From Octopus vulgaris (taxonomy: Eukaryota): a stretch of 64,000 nucleotides of DNA. The notes below the pieces were generated by a model. The model searched no databases. It worked only from the letters and a program-made list of their open reading frames with translations, and was not told where the DNA came from. The stretch is from assembly GCA_951406725.2 (NCBI GenBank), contig OX597816.1, forward strand, positions 117,676,001 to 117,740,000, read 5' to 3'. A program made the position numbers and the translations under genes. Shown here piece by piece: positions 45,046-58,805 of the stretch (its first letter is position 1; each line of letters opens with the position of its first letter).

Positions 45046-46118
45046 ATCAACCGTAGTAATTGAAGAGTACTATATTTTATTAACCACAGAACGCTAAAAT
45101 AACGTTCAACTTAGCGAGATTTTAACTCATTATATAAAGAGCCGAACAAACACTTCCAGGAATTTTGTTTTTCCGACGCTCAAATAATGCAGCCAGCTCG
45201 CTGCAGTTGATGCTTGATTTAGACGAAAGGCCTGCTATTTTAAGGAGCCGCGTTAATCGATACTGTCTGCTTCAGTATTTGACCAGTGTTTTATTTCATT
45301 GGCCTCAAAAGGATGAAAGACAAAGATAAATAATCTGAGAGGAATTTGAACTTGGAATGTAAAGAACACGAGCAAATACCACAAGGGAACAGTTTTTATG
45401 AGAGGAGGCAAGTCGATTACGTCGACCCCAGTGCTCAGTTGGTACGTGTTTTATCGACTCCTAAAGGATAAAAGACACAATCGACACTGGCACCATTTGA
45501 ACTCAGAACACAAAGAATCGAAAGAAATGCTGCTATGTATTTTGCTCAACACGCTAACGAATCTGCCAGCCGGTCGCCTTCTGGCTTAGACACAAGGCCA
45601 GCAGTTTTGAGTAGAGGGGAAACAGTCGATACCAACGATTTTAGTATTTGACTGGTACTTTTGTTTTATTGACTTCAAAAGAATGAAAGGCGAAGCTAAC
45701 CATGGTCCAAATGAAAAAGAAAATATTGTTTCAAAAGACCTGCAATTTGTGAAGGGAAGGGATTATTCGATGCTTGACATTACTTTATTTTATCGACTCT
45801 GAAAAGATGAAAAGTTAAGTTGGCTTCGGTGGTGAAGACGATGACAACGACGATCATGATGATGATGATGATGTTCATGATAATGATAATTGTTTCAAAT
45901 TTTAGTACAAGGTAAATTTAGTGGGAAGGGTCTTATCCGAATACATGAATCCCAGTGCTGGACTGGTACTTATTTAATCACCCTCCTCCACCCAAAAGAT
46001 TAAAGACAAAGACGACCTCGGCAGAATTTGAACTCAGAACGTAAAGAGCTGGAGAGCTGGAAGAGATACTGCTACGCATTTTTTCTGACGCGCTAATGAT
46101 CCTGCCAGCTCGTCACCC
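45046..46118 (-). mobile_element. Cluster of about 6 head-to-tail SINE copies
   Basis: The tttatcgac...aaaggatgaaag...gaatttgaactc core recurs near 45080, 45300, 45455, 45670, 45790 and 45990. Confidence 0.75.
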
Positions 46119-46120
46119 TA

Positions 46121-46182
<62 letters not shown>

Positions 46183-46236
46183 AATGATGATGATGATATG
46201 TCTTTACTGTTTTTGTTACTTCTTTTATGTTATAGT

Positions 46237-46430
46237 TTGTAATAATCTGAATGTTCATCTCTTATTTTTTCATCGCACCGATTTCCTGACAACCTGGGAG
46301 ACGCCAGTGAGAAGCCGGGAGAAGCTCCATTTTCGATATCAAAAACTATGAAGGGAAGTCATCAAGGGAATTACAATGCCAATATGATGATTTACAATGC
46401 ATACTATAATACATTATACAGGAGTGATTC
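46237..46430 (+). mobile_element. Chapaev-like (CMC) transposase C-terminal fragment
   Basis: CNNLNVHLLFFHRTDF / FPDNLGDASEKPGE...KTMKGSHQGNYNANMM resembles the recalled motif CNMSLKIHFLHSHLDFFPENLGAVSDEQGERFHQDI..ME.RYQG. Confidence 0.5.
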
Positions 46431-47182
46431 AGTCATCAGTAGCTATGTATAGCTAAGTTAATTTTCAATATCTCCAGTTTACTTACGCATTCTGTCTGAG
46501 ATTCAGGTAAATAGATTTTGTTTATCTTGCTGCTCAAAACAGTTATATACTGTGTGTAGTATCATCGAAAAAATTCTGTTGAAATCAACAAAACCTTCCA
46601 TTATGCATTGCGTCTAGAGACTATATCCCAACTCAAGCGAGCAATACATAGTTGCTCTAACTGTAAGATATCTTGCCGTCTTAAGTAAAAGGAAAAATAT
46701 GTTGAATAACAAATATTGCCTTGGTTACAAACAGACACTATGCCTGAAGAAAAACTGAGTCATGTCTTGGAATATTTTTAGCCATAATTTTGTTTTATCA
46801 AAAATGATTGACCTTTTGTGAATAACCACACTGAACTTTCTTCAGTGTCGACCCCATTTTAACTTAAGTAGAACCAACTCTTTCCCTCACTGTGGCCTCA
46901 TTTCAGCTTCCTTTCCTCTCCTTTCCGAGAAGTTACGTACTCAGTATGGAATTCTGCTAATAAATGGGCTTTTATATCTAAAGAATTTACAAAACTCCAA
47001 ATATCGTAACATTAATTCTTACTTAAATAAATTCCTACCTCATAGGCAAACCAACTTAGTCTATAATGTGCCATAGAATATATGTATATATAAATTTATT
47101 AGCCAACACTGATTATATTATGACGACTATAAACAATTCGTCTATATAGTATGTTCATCTACAGAAAAAGAGGGAATATTTT

Positions 47183-47218
47183 TACGTGCGTTTCGACTCT
47201 CGTTGGAATCTTTGTCAG
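47183..47218 (-). ncRNA. Degenerate hammerhead motif (paralog at 47710-47743)
   Basis: CTGACAA-a-gattc-caacg-agagtc-GAAAC-gcac-GTA; core G8 mutated. Confidence 0.45.
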
Positions 47219-47375
47219 CAACTGAGTACCCATTTTAACTATCCATAAACATGCTGTTTATAGACCCACTAATATTATTGACTAAAATAAAGTGGATAGA
47301 CCAATTTGCACATTTAACATATTTCTTGGTAGCTGGATGAAACATAGTATTGGTTTCAAATACTATGCATTGGCA

Positions 47376-47543
47376 TAAGTCGATTATATCGACCCCAGTG
47401 CTCAAATGGTACTTATTTTATCGATCCTGAAGAAATGAAAGGAAGAGTCGGCGGTGAAATTTGAACCCAGAGCGTAAAAATGGACGATATACCGCTATGA
47501 ATTTTGATGGGAGTGTTAACAATTCTGTCAGCTCACCGCATTA
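47376..47543 (-). mobile_element. SINE (Nin-like family)
   Basis: taagtcgattatatcgaccccagtgctca...gtcagctcaccgc. Confidence 0.75.
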
Positions 47544-48172
47544 AGGGTTGAACATAATATTATTGATGTGTTAATCAGTATTTCGTTTCATTGCTCTATC
47601 ATATACTATAATACATATCTTTAGGTTTTTAGCCGACACTGTATCTTACAGTGATTGTAGGCAATTTGTCTATATAAACAGATGCGGACAGAAAAAGAAA
47701 GGACAGGTGTACGTACGTTCGACTTTTATTGGAATCTTCGTGAAATCTTATCTTGTTGTTGACTCTTTTACTCTTTTACTATCACTACATTTTCTCGGAA
47801 ATTATTAGCTTAATGACATAAATAAACTTCCTTCTGACAAATCTTCAGTCTTCTTTGTCTCACACTTGTAATGTGCCCAAACTAAAAATAACTAAGAAAA
47901 AATTAACCGAGCAGCAGAACTACAAGCACATTGCTAACTTAGAAATATCATCACCATCAAACTCGATAACATTACATACATACATACAAACATACATACA
48001 TACATACATACATACATACATACATACATACATACATACATACACACACACATACATACATACATACATACATGTATCACACATACATACGCATAAACAT
48101 ACATGCATATATATATATATTTATACACACATATATACATACATATATTTACATATATATATGTACACACAA

Positions 48173-48222
<50 letters not shown>

Positions 48223-49196
48223 TTGTATATGAAGACATGTATGAACGTGTATATATGTATTCATGCACAAACATGCACACATACACACGCATACACACAC
48301 ATACACACATATCAATAATGAACGAATAAATATTTAGCAATATATTCAAATGTTTACTATTATAAATAACCATAAGAAAACGTGTTGTAAAGATAAATAT
48401 TTAAAAGTAATATTAGTGAGCGACCATTAGAAACTAGATGATATATTTGAATTTTTGAATGACGAAGTATAAGTAGAAAGAAGGAAGAAAGAGAATAAGT
48501 AAGTTGATTAAGCAAGAATACTAGCAAGTTGTAAAACATAAAATGCTGTTTCTCTTATATAAACTGAGCAAAATTTATTTAAATCTGGAAAGTCACATTA
48601 CAACCATGATATATATTCAAACTGACATATAAGTTAAGTTAGCATATTGTTGAAGTTTCGAGAAAAGAGATCGCACACGCACACGTACATATGTATGAAT
48701 GTATGTATGTAATGTATGTATGTATGTATGTATGTATGTATGTATGTATGTATGTATGTATGTATGTATGTATGTATGTATGTATGTACTTGTGTAAGCG
48801 TATAGATGTGTGTATCCAGAAAGAGAGAAGGAAAAGGTGGAGGGGAGGGAGAGACGATGGTTAAAGAAACCAAAATTATTCTTAGAATAAAACAAGAAGT
48901 AAGAACCCCCCCCCCCCCAAAAAAAAACCCCAGAAAGATTTGGATGTCTTTAATTCTTGCACAGAAGCTAGGTTGCTTTCAGAAAGTTTGTGAAACTGGA
49001 TGAGATTATTGTACACTTGGTTTCGAAACTCAATCGTGTAGATTGCATAAGAAATACATATTCCTGAAATTATTTTCAATAAAAATGATCTTATACTGCT
49101 TTTATTCTCTTGCACACAAAATATATAACCAAGACGACAGTAAGATAACTGGTATCTCGAGTTAATAATTGTACTTACAAGACTACATACATAAAT

Positions 49197-49268
<72 letters not shown>

Positions 49269-49338
49269 ACACATACATACATACATACATACATACATAC
49301 ATACATACATCAAAATTCCTCTTCAAACAATGTCATAT

Positions 49339-49436
49339 TTGTACACCCTGAAGAAATTGTACTAATAATGCATAAATCGCTGCATATACGTATGTAACAA
49401 TATGCAATTAGTACGATCGAAATACGTGTCGGACAA
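49339..49436 (+). ncRNA. Hammerhead ribozyme motif with extended stem II
   Basis: ttgtacacc-CTGAAGA-a-attgtactaat...attagtacgat-c-GAAAT-acgt-GTC-ggacaa. Confidence 0.65.
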
Positions 49437-49593
49437 TTATTATGAACAAGCTAACTGGACATAAGGGTAAAGATTGAACGTTCAAATTCTTCATTCTCTT
49501 TATTATCAATATTGTACTTTAAGTTGCCAAGAAATAAACAGTAACTTCGGATGGGAGAAATTCTCTATCTGCTTTGATATCATATCCCCCCTC

Positions 49594-49663
<70 letters not shown>

Positions 49664-50062
49664 TGTATTTATGTATATAAAATAATAGGTATGGATAAAG
49701 TATCCAGGCGGGTACCGTACCGGCACTCAAATTTAATCCAGGTTATGACTAACCATTTCAAGTTGTAAGGAGCACCTAGGATTATTCAAGGTAAGTAATC
49801 TCAAAGTATTTCATCCGATGGGTAAATCCCAGGCTCTCTGGATTATAAATATTTTCTTCAAGGCAATTACAATGAATATGGAGATTAGTACATCTGCATA
49901 TGTTTTATTTGAATTTAAATTGAATATGCTGTATAATTGACTGTAGAAAAAAAATGCAGTTGTACTTAACTCCATGTTCATTGTGCTTTACTCACACATA
50001 CACAGACACACAAACACACAGACACACACACACACACAAGTGCATATATATGTGTGTGTGTA

Positions 50063-50460
50063 GAGGCGCAGGCATGGCTGTACGGTAAGATGTTGGCTCC
50101 GAGTTGTGTGGGATCTTGGGCAGGTGTCTTCAACCAAAGCTTGTGAGTGGAACTGGTAGACGGAAACTGTCAGAAGCCCGTTGTATACACGCGCACACAC
50201 ACACACACACACACACAAACACATGTGCGCACGCGCACACATGCATTATCTAGCCTTATCTTTTACTTGTTTCAGTCATTGGACTGCAGCCATCCTGGGG
50301 CAGCTCTTCGAATGGTTTTAGTCGAACGAATCGATCCCAGTGCTCACTTTTTAAGACTTGGTACTTAATTACTTATTCTAATGGTTCTTTTACCGAACCA
50401 CTAAGATTCGGGTACATAAGCAAACCAGTACCGGTTATCAAGCGGTAGTGAGGGACAAAC
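50063..50460. mobile_element. CORE-type SINE with 5' half on + (50063-50185) and 3' half on - (50258-50460)
   Basis: Alignment of both halves to 15535-15905. Confidence 0.7.
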
Positions 50461-50834
50461 ACAGACACAGACAGACACACACACACAAACACACACACAC
50501 ATACACACACACATGTATAATGGAATATAAGTATAAACATGAAAGCAGCTGGTATCAAGTTGGATAATGACTTTTATATATTTAGATCTCTTGCAACCTA
50601 ATCTCCCGTAACATTCAATTCTATTCTCATGATGTGTCAGTCTTTAGATATTTAAATGTCATAATCTGACCTGATACCAGTTGTATACCTCTTCATACCT
50701 CTTTATACATTTATTCGGTTATGCACGTACTTTGCCTATTGTAAATATTCATTAGGCAGCTATAATATCCATGCTTTTTTTTTAGTTGCATTTCAAGTTG
50801 GTATATAGACAGCAAGTCAACCTGACATAATATT

Positions 50835-51047
50835 GGTCTTAAATTTTCGCACAAGGTCAACAATTTCGTGGGAAGAGAAATATTTGATTATATCGACTCC
50901 GGTATTCAGCTGGTCCTTATTTTATTGACTGAAAAGACGAAAGGCAAAGTCCGCCTCGGCAGAATTTCAACTCAGAACGTAGAAACGGACGAAATGCCGC
51001 AAAGCATTTTGTCCGGCGTGTTAACAATTCTGTCAGCTCACTGCCTT
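50835..51047 (-). mobile_element. SINE (Nin-like family)
   Basis: gaaaggcaaagtccgcctcggcagaatt...gaaatgccgcaaagcattttgtccggcgtg. Confidence 0.8.
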
Positions 51048-51107
51048 TTCATCCGACGTAATATTATACATACATATTAAGATACATACATACATATATA
51101 CACGCAC

Positions 51108-51138
<31 letters not shown>

Positions 51139-51168
51139 AACACGCACACAAACACAACACACACACAC

Positions 51169-51778
<610 letters not shown>

Positions 51779-51785
51779 TACATTT

Positions 51786-52199
51786 CAGTATGAATACTGC
51801 TTTCATCTCTTATAGAGATTTTCTTGACTAGCTAGTTTGCTTGTTGAAAGATCAGTGACTACGTGTCACTTATTTTTCTATATATTGCGAGCTGGAGTGA
51901 ACTACTCGTATGTCTAGCGAACGAGTATCATTCACTGAAGATGATCATAAGAAAGTCGAAACCGTACAGTATGGTGGTGTCGGGGCTAAAATAGTAGGGA
52001 ATTCTCTCCTCGCTTGCAAATCATATTGAGTACAGAGTGCACTGCATAACGAGCTGGAGGAGGTGTTCCCCTAAGGTTGAAATAGAAATATCGTTGGTTC
52101 CTGGGGAACAGCTGTCTTTGGGTGACGTTAAACACTACTTGTCAGTATGAATATTGCTTTCATCCCTTATAGAGAGTGTCTTGACAAGCTAGTTTGCTT
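51786..52199 (+). repeat. 57-bp direct repeats enclosing a degenerate hammerhead (51935-51966)
   Basis: cagtatgaata.tgctttcatc.cttatagaga...gctagtttgctt at 51786 and 52143; CTGAAGA-t-gat...gtc-GAAAC-c-GTA between them. Confidence 0.55.
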
Positions 52200-53316
52200 A
52201 TACATATACTAGAATTGAAAAATGCATACGCTCAAAAGGGTTACAGAATGTAATAATCCTCAAAAAATGTAATAATAATACAGAATGTAATAATCCTTAA
52301 AAAATATGGGGCTAGCATTGTTGATAAAAAACTGGAATCCCTATATGCTATACATTCTGTGGCATCTTAAAACGAAAAGAGACTCATGTGTGAATTACGA
52401 TGTCACGATAATTATTAAACCGAGTTCTTAATATAAAAATTTGAAAATGTACAAAATATGACCTTTAACTTCGAATGAGTAAATTCATTATAATACTCTT
52501 CATACCAAAGAATATAAAAACATATTTCACACTGCATGCAAATTACCATGACAATAAGAAAAAAAACTGGATTTATGATGAAGACGAATCTATATAACAG
52601 TGAAAGTACTTATAAAAGTAAAGATAATTCGCATTATGATATACATAGTAATGGAATAGTTATGCGAATTAAACAAATTATTACTAAATTATAATAAATT
52701 TATAAAAAAATATCATTCATAGGTTGAATTATTGCATAAAGATGACATTAGTATTTGTACACACTTGTTTAGTTAAAATTTAGTGTACGATAATTCAACT
52801 GGATTAATTTTTAATGTAACTTAATTTCGATGAATTAAACAAATTTCTTGTGATAAAAGGACGCCACAGGATGTACAACATATAGTGATTCCAGTACTTT
52901 TGAGCAACAATGCTAGTCCCATACTTTTCAAGGTTTATTATGACATTCTGTAACCCTTTTGAGAGGGCGCATTTTCCAATTCTAGTTTCGAGCTTGTTAA
53001 AGCAACGCTTGTAATATCATATATATGTACTGTATTTCTCCTAATGGTGTGGCAGCTACTGATTATAAGTGTGTATGTGTGTGTGTGTGTGTGAGTGAGC
53101 GTGCGTGCTGGTTCTTGTGTGTCTGAGTGTGTGTGTATGTGCGTGCGTGCTTGTTCTTGTGTGTGTGTGTATTCGCGAGTGTGTTCTTGCATAATCCCAC
53201 AGATCTTGCTTAATTTAGCTTTAAAATTGATAGAAATCAATGTCATTTATATTTCATTCTTTCGCATTTACTTTAATCAATAGTAAGTGTTAATTTACAT
53301 TTCTTCTTTTTCTCCC

Positions 53317-53428
53317 TGCATGTTGCAATATTTCGGCTCTTTGATGCATGTTGCAATATTTCGGCTCTTTAATGCATGTTGCAATATTTCGGTTCTTTGA
53401 TGCATGTGGCAATATTTCGGCTCTTTGG
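53317..53428. repeat. 28-bp minisatellite, 4 copies
   Basis: Unit tgcatgttgcaatatttcggctctttga. Confidence 0.95.
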
Positions 53429-54951
53429 TGGTTAAAAAACCCCCACATGGACTATTAAAAGTAATACGGATTTTCGACGTTGATCTCGTATTCTTCTTAG
53501 TAATTTATGCATTTTACATACACAAATGAAGCAGGTAAGAACAAATATGCAAGGGTTTTCTCAAGTTTAAAATGTATCATTGTTTTTGTTATATCTACAT
53601 TCCACACACATAAATTCATAAAAACAGAACACGCTCGCACACACACACACACACGTATACGTACACCAATTAGTTCCCTCTTACACTTCGATACGTCAAA
53701 CAGAACAAGCATGCATGAAGACAGCTCCAAACCAAACTATCGCTCATTGGTTGATAATGATTGAAAACTAACCAATAAAACGCAATTACTACATAAATGG
53801 CCACGGCCCCCCATAGACTTTTATTCGCAAGCTAAGAATACATTGTCAGACACGCAGTAGACTCGACTATAACATTCTGTTGTCGGTCACTTTGTGCCTA
53901 ACAGATAAATGTGCTCACAAGGCTTTTGTTGACACGGGGCTATAATAGAATACACTTGCCCAAGGCTCCATATTGTGGGGCAGAACCTGGAAGCATGCAG
54001 TTAGGAAAGCTTCTTATCTCACAAGCATGAATCAGTATTTACTCAGATTGTTCTGGATTCCTTTAAATATAAACGTACACAAATTTGAATATAAAACAAA
54101 TAAAAAGAAACAAACAAGCACACTTCTTAAAAACATAATATTAATATAGAAGCAGCAGTTTCTTTTATTCAAATAGGTTCTATCTCTTACACATCTGACC
54201 TCTAAAATCTACATTCACCAAAATTCAAAAGAAATTCACAAAACATCTTTTTAAAAAAAATCTAATCATTTTAGAAATAAAATAACATTGAAAGCGTATT
54301 TTATTTGCTCTTCTGCATAGTAATCGCCGTCGTCGTTGTTTTCATCATCATCACCATCATCAAAAGAAGGAATAAAAGAAGAAGAAGAAGAAGAAGAAGA
54401 AGAAGAAGAAGAAGAAGAAGAAGAAGAAGAAGAAGAAGAAGAAGAAGAAGAAGAAAAACAACAACTACGATAACAACAAAATCTGCTCTTACTCGCAAAA
54501 CATTCTTTGGTTGATATCTTCGAGCGATTATTTTACAAATATTGTAAATATGTCCGTGTCCATATTCATAATTGAAACGTTCTTTTAAAGGTAACCAACA
54601 ATTATTTCATGAAAAACATAAAAAAAAATGTGTTTTTTAAATATTTCTAATCTAACCAAAATTGCTGAACGCAAATTTCCAAGAAACAAATACAGCCGTA
54701 TAGAATTAAGATAATATCTTAAATGTAAATAGTATCAAACCAGAAATTGTTTCTATTTTTTCATTGTTGTTCATTATTGTTTTAAAGTTTAGAATCCCTA
54801 TGCCACGTAGGCATTGATTATTTCAGAATTATTTCACGTATATGTATTGTATGTATGTATGTATGTATGTATGTATGTATGTATGTATGTATGAATTTGT
54901 TTGCATATATGCATGTGCATATGTATATTGTATATATATACATGTATGTAT

Positions 54952-55037
<86 letters not shown>

Positions 55038-55084
55038 AAAAAGTCAAGGTAGAAAATGCTAAAATAATTTAATAAAAAAAATTT

Positions 55085-57853
55085 CAGTACCGGTCGATCA
55101 TTGAGACTTTTTCAACTGTAAGTATGGAAAACAATTAAATTTTGGAAAAATTAAATTAAAAGGTTTTTGAAAGAATATTTGCAGTTTTCAAATACAAGAG
55201 GCATTTTCCTTGTTTCTGCCTGTCTCTTTGTTGTGAATTCTTGGCAGAGAAGAAGACGAAGACGAATGCAGGAGTGCTATGATAGTAGTAGGATATTAAC
55301 TGGTCAAGTGCCCTGAAGGTGACTTGTGGATGGTAGTAGTGATTGAATTCTTGAGATATCTCTTTTGAATGTATTATTTATAATATTTGCGTATGTGTTA
55401 TTCTAAACAGTAGTAATAGTAAAGTAAGGAAGGAGGTGGCGGAGAAGAAGAAGATGAAGAAGAAGGAGAAGAAGGAGAAAGAGAAGAAGAGAGAATTATA
55501 AGGGAATGCGCGATGGTATGATTGTAGTAGGATGTTAAGTGGTCAAGTGACCTAAATGTGGCTGGTTGTGGATTATAGCAGTGATTGGGACTGTTTTCAA
55601 TGAATTCTTGGGTATCTATTGAATGTATCATTTTTAATATTTGCGTGTGTGTTGTTCTAAGGCCGTGGTGGACATGTCGTTTGTTGTATATATGTTCAAA
55701 AAGGGTCTGTATTTTGTAATAAAGAGAGTCTCTTTACTAATTCGTTGGCTACAGGTTGTATCGCCCCTAAATTTGAAGAGGGGAAAAACTCTGAAGCTTG
55801 GATTTTCGTTATTGGCGCAAATGTCGATGTGTTGGCTGGATGCCATTTTTCTGTTTTTGGGAATTTTGATCTGGGATCTGTGCAGAGCCATCCTTTGACG
55901 CAGATTGTTTTTTGATAGGCCTATGTATTGCTCTTGACACCCAGAGCAGGTTAGTGCGTATATCAGGTTCTCCGAAGCACATGTGAAGCTGCTTTTCACT
56001 GTGAAACGTTGTTCCTGTTTGAAGGAGAACTCTGATCCCTCAAATTGACGCATAACCTACAGTTGGGTCTTCCGCATTTCGTTACTGACGGCTTCAGTGT
56101 TGTTGTTGAGCGTTTCGGGCTTGTGTAAGGAGACTTTTCATAGATTTGGGCTGTCTCTTGCTTTTTATGATGGTGTGTGTTTGGAGGATCAAGTTAATCC
56201 TTTGGGATGTCTGAGTTCGTGGATATTGAGTTGTTGGGCACGTTGAAAGCATGTCAATGAAGGTGGGTAATTCCTGGTGATGAGTGTATCCTTTAGTTCA
56301 TGTAGTCGTGTGTCCCTGGTGCTTGCATTATAAATTATAGTACATATCATTTTTGCCAGGTTGAAGGGGATATTCATTCTGGTGTGTTTGGGGTGGCATG
56401 AGTTGAACGGTAGATATTGCTTGGAGTCCGTGGGCTTATAGTATATATATGTTTCTATTACGTTGTTAGATTTCTTAATGAGGATGTCGAGGAAGGGAAG
56501 TTGTTAATGGCTATATTCCATCGTGAATTGAATTTTCCCGTCAAGTCCATTTATAAGTGCTTGAAATTCTTGAAGTCTCTATACTTTCATGCCAAAGAAT
56601 GAAACAGTTATCCAGGTATCTCTTCCAGTTATTTTCTAATGGGCTGCCGTATTTTTCTAGAACCTTACGATAAAGACTAATTTCTAGATATCCCATGACT
56701 AGGTTAACAAAGGAGGGGGCCATTCTCATACCCATTTCAGTCCCCGATTTCTGTCGATAGAAGTTGTCTTTGAAGACGAAGTAATTATTCTCCAAGATGA
56801 ATTTTAGCCCTTCTATCATGAATTTTTTTTGATGCGATGTAGGAGTTAGTTGGCCTAATTCTCTAGCCAGAATTGAATTGCCTCTCTTCTTAGGTTGTGG
56901 GGGATATTGAAATAAAGGTTGACTACATCGAAAGATACTAGTAGGGTGTTTTTGTTTATTGCTTCAGGAAGGTGATTGGGCGTATCTAGGCCGTCCCTTA
57001 TGTAGCTCTTGACATGCTTGAGGAATGGTTTTAAGAGGGTATCTAAAAAGTTACTGAGGCGGTGGGTTTCGCATGCGGGACCTGCTATTATAGGTCTCAA
57101 TTTGAGGTTAGTAGGAATAGGGACTTTGATTATTATGTCTGTGGCTATCCTGCATGCGTTACTTATTTTCTCATTTTTGTGTATATTGGAAATACCGTAG
57201 AATTCACTGGTTTTACTTTTGAAATTGGTCATATAGTCATATTCTTTGTCGGTGAGCCCTTCACAGTATAGGTTTAACATGGATTTTAGGTATCTCATTA
57301 TTTTCTGCTGACTCTAGTGTTGGGCCTTTTCATAATATGTTGTGTCTTCTAATATGGATAGTACTACAGTTATATAGTATACCGTGTCCATTAAGACAAC
57401 TGCACTCCTTTTATCAACCTCTTTGATTGTTATTCTTTTGTTATCTTTTAATTTGTTCAACTCGGCCCATTCTTTTTTTTCTGAAGTTTGGTCTGTGTTT
57501 TTGTTTGTGCATATGTTGATATGGATAATTCGAGATGTGTTCACAGAAATGATCAAGAATTTTGTTCTCATCTTTTGAGCGGAGGGAGGCAGTTACTTCT
57601 ATTTCGGACCAACTATTCGTCCTCGTTGTATTTGTCCTATAGCTCCTCAGCGAGTCGTAATTTTCTACAGAATTCCGCGATGTCTCATTTGATGTTGTAG
57701 TTGGGGCATTGTGGGGTGGGTGTAAAAATGAGCCCTTTGGAGAGTATATTGATTTGGTTTCCTGTTAGTTCTTTGTGAGTTAGATTGTGTGTTACATATC
57801 TGCATAAGCTTGGGTATTATGGACGAGCAGCTAGAAGAAAGCCTCTCCTTCAA
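55085..57853 (-). mobile_element. Penelope-like element (RT + GIY-YIG), pseudogenised
   Basis: LRPIIAG, LVSFDVVNLY, YRQKSGTEMG..APS, WKRYLDN, NIPFNLA; GIY-YIG NLIYALTCSGCQEQYIG...LRQRMALH. Confidence 0.9.
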
Positions 57854-57854
57854 C

Positions 57855-58611
57855 CAATTAATATCATTAAAAGAAAGAAATGGGCCAAGGAGATGTCAGA
57901 AAAATCCTGTTAATTTTGGGGTAGGGTGATTTTTCTCAGATGAATCCAGATTTGCATTATTTTCAGATTGTGGACGTATTTGGGTCTGGAGGCTTCCCAA
58001 TCAAGAATTTGATTTGAAACGATTCCAACCAACTATGAAACATGGCTTTATCTTTGTAATAGAATGGGGAGCTGTCACCAGTAATGGTCGTTCTGAGCTG
58101 ATCGAATATGTTGGAACCATAAACTCTGAAAAATACATCGAAATACTTAAGCAAGACCTACTTCCACTGTATTCACACAATAACATAGTGAAAAATGAGT
58201 TTTTATTCATGGAAGATGGGGCTCCGTGCCACACAGCAAAAAGGAATCAACAATGGCTGACTAAAAAGGGGATCAAAAGCTTCCTTGGCCGAGCCAGTCT
58301 ACTGACACGAAACAAATTGAAAATCTTTGGAGCATACTAGATAGAACTATGCGAAAAACTCGACAGAAACCGAAATCTAAAGATGAATTGCTTCGATTGT
58401 TGCGTGAAAAGTAGGCAGAAATTCCGCAAGAGACAATCACAAAGCTCATCAGTCCAATGCCAAAAAGAGTTTCTGAATTAAAAACTGCAAAGGGAATGTC
58501 AACTCAATACTAAAGTATGTAGTGCTACCTATCAATTACATTTCAATTGTTTGCTTTGCGTATTAAAAGATTTTGAAAATTAAAGGTGTCTATTTACTTC
58601 CTGCATGTCTG
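57855..58611 (+). mobile_element. Tc1 (DD34E) transposon 3' half
   Basis: VIFSDESRF, WGAVT, FMEDGAPCHTAK, IENLW motifs; ends ...ctg followed by TA. Confidence 0.85.
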
Positions 58612-58613
58612 TA

Positions 58614-58667
<54 letters not shown>

Positions 58668-58706
58668 GCGTATATATAATATACACGTATATATACGTAT
58701 ATACAC

Positions 58707-58771
<65 letters not shown>

Positions 58772-58772
58772 A

Positions 58773-58805
<33 letters not shown>

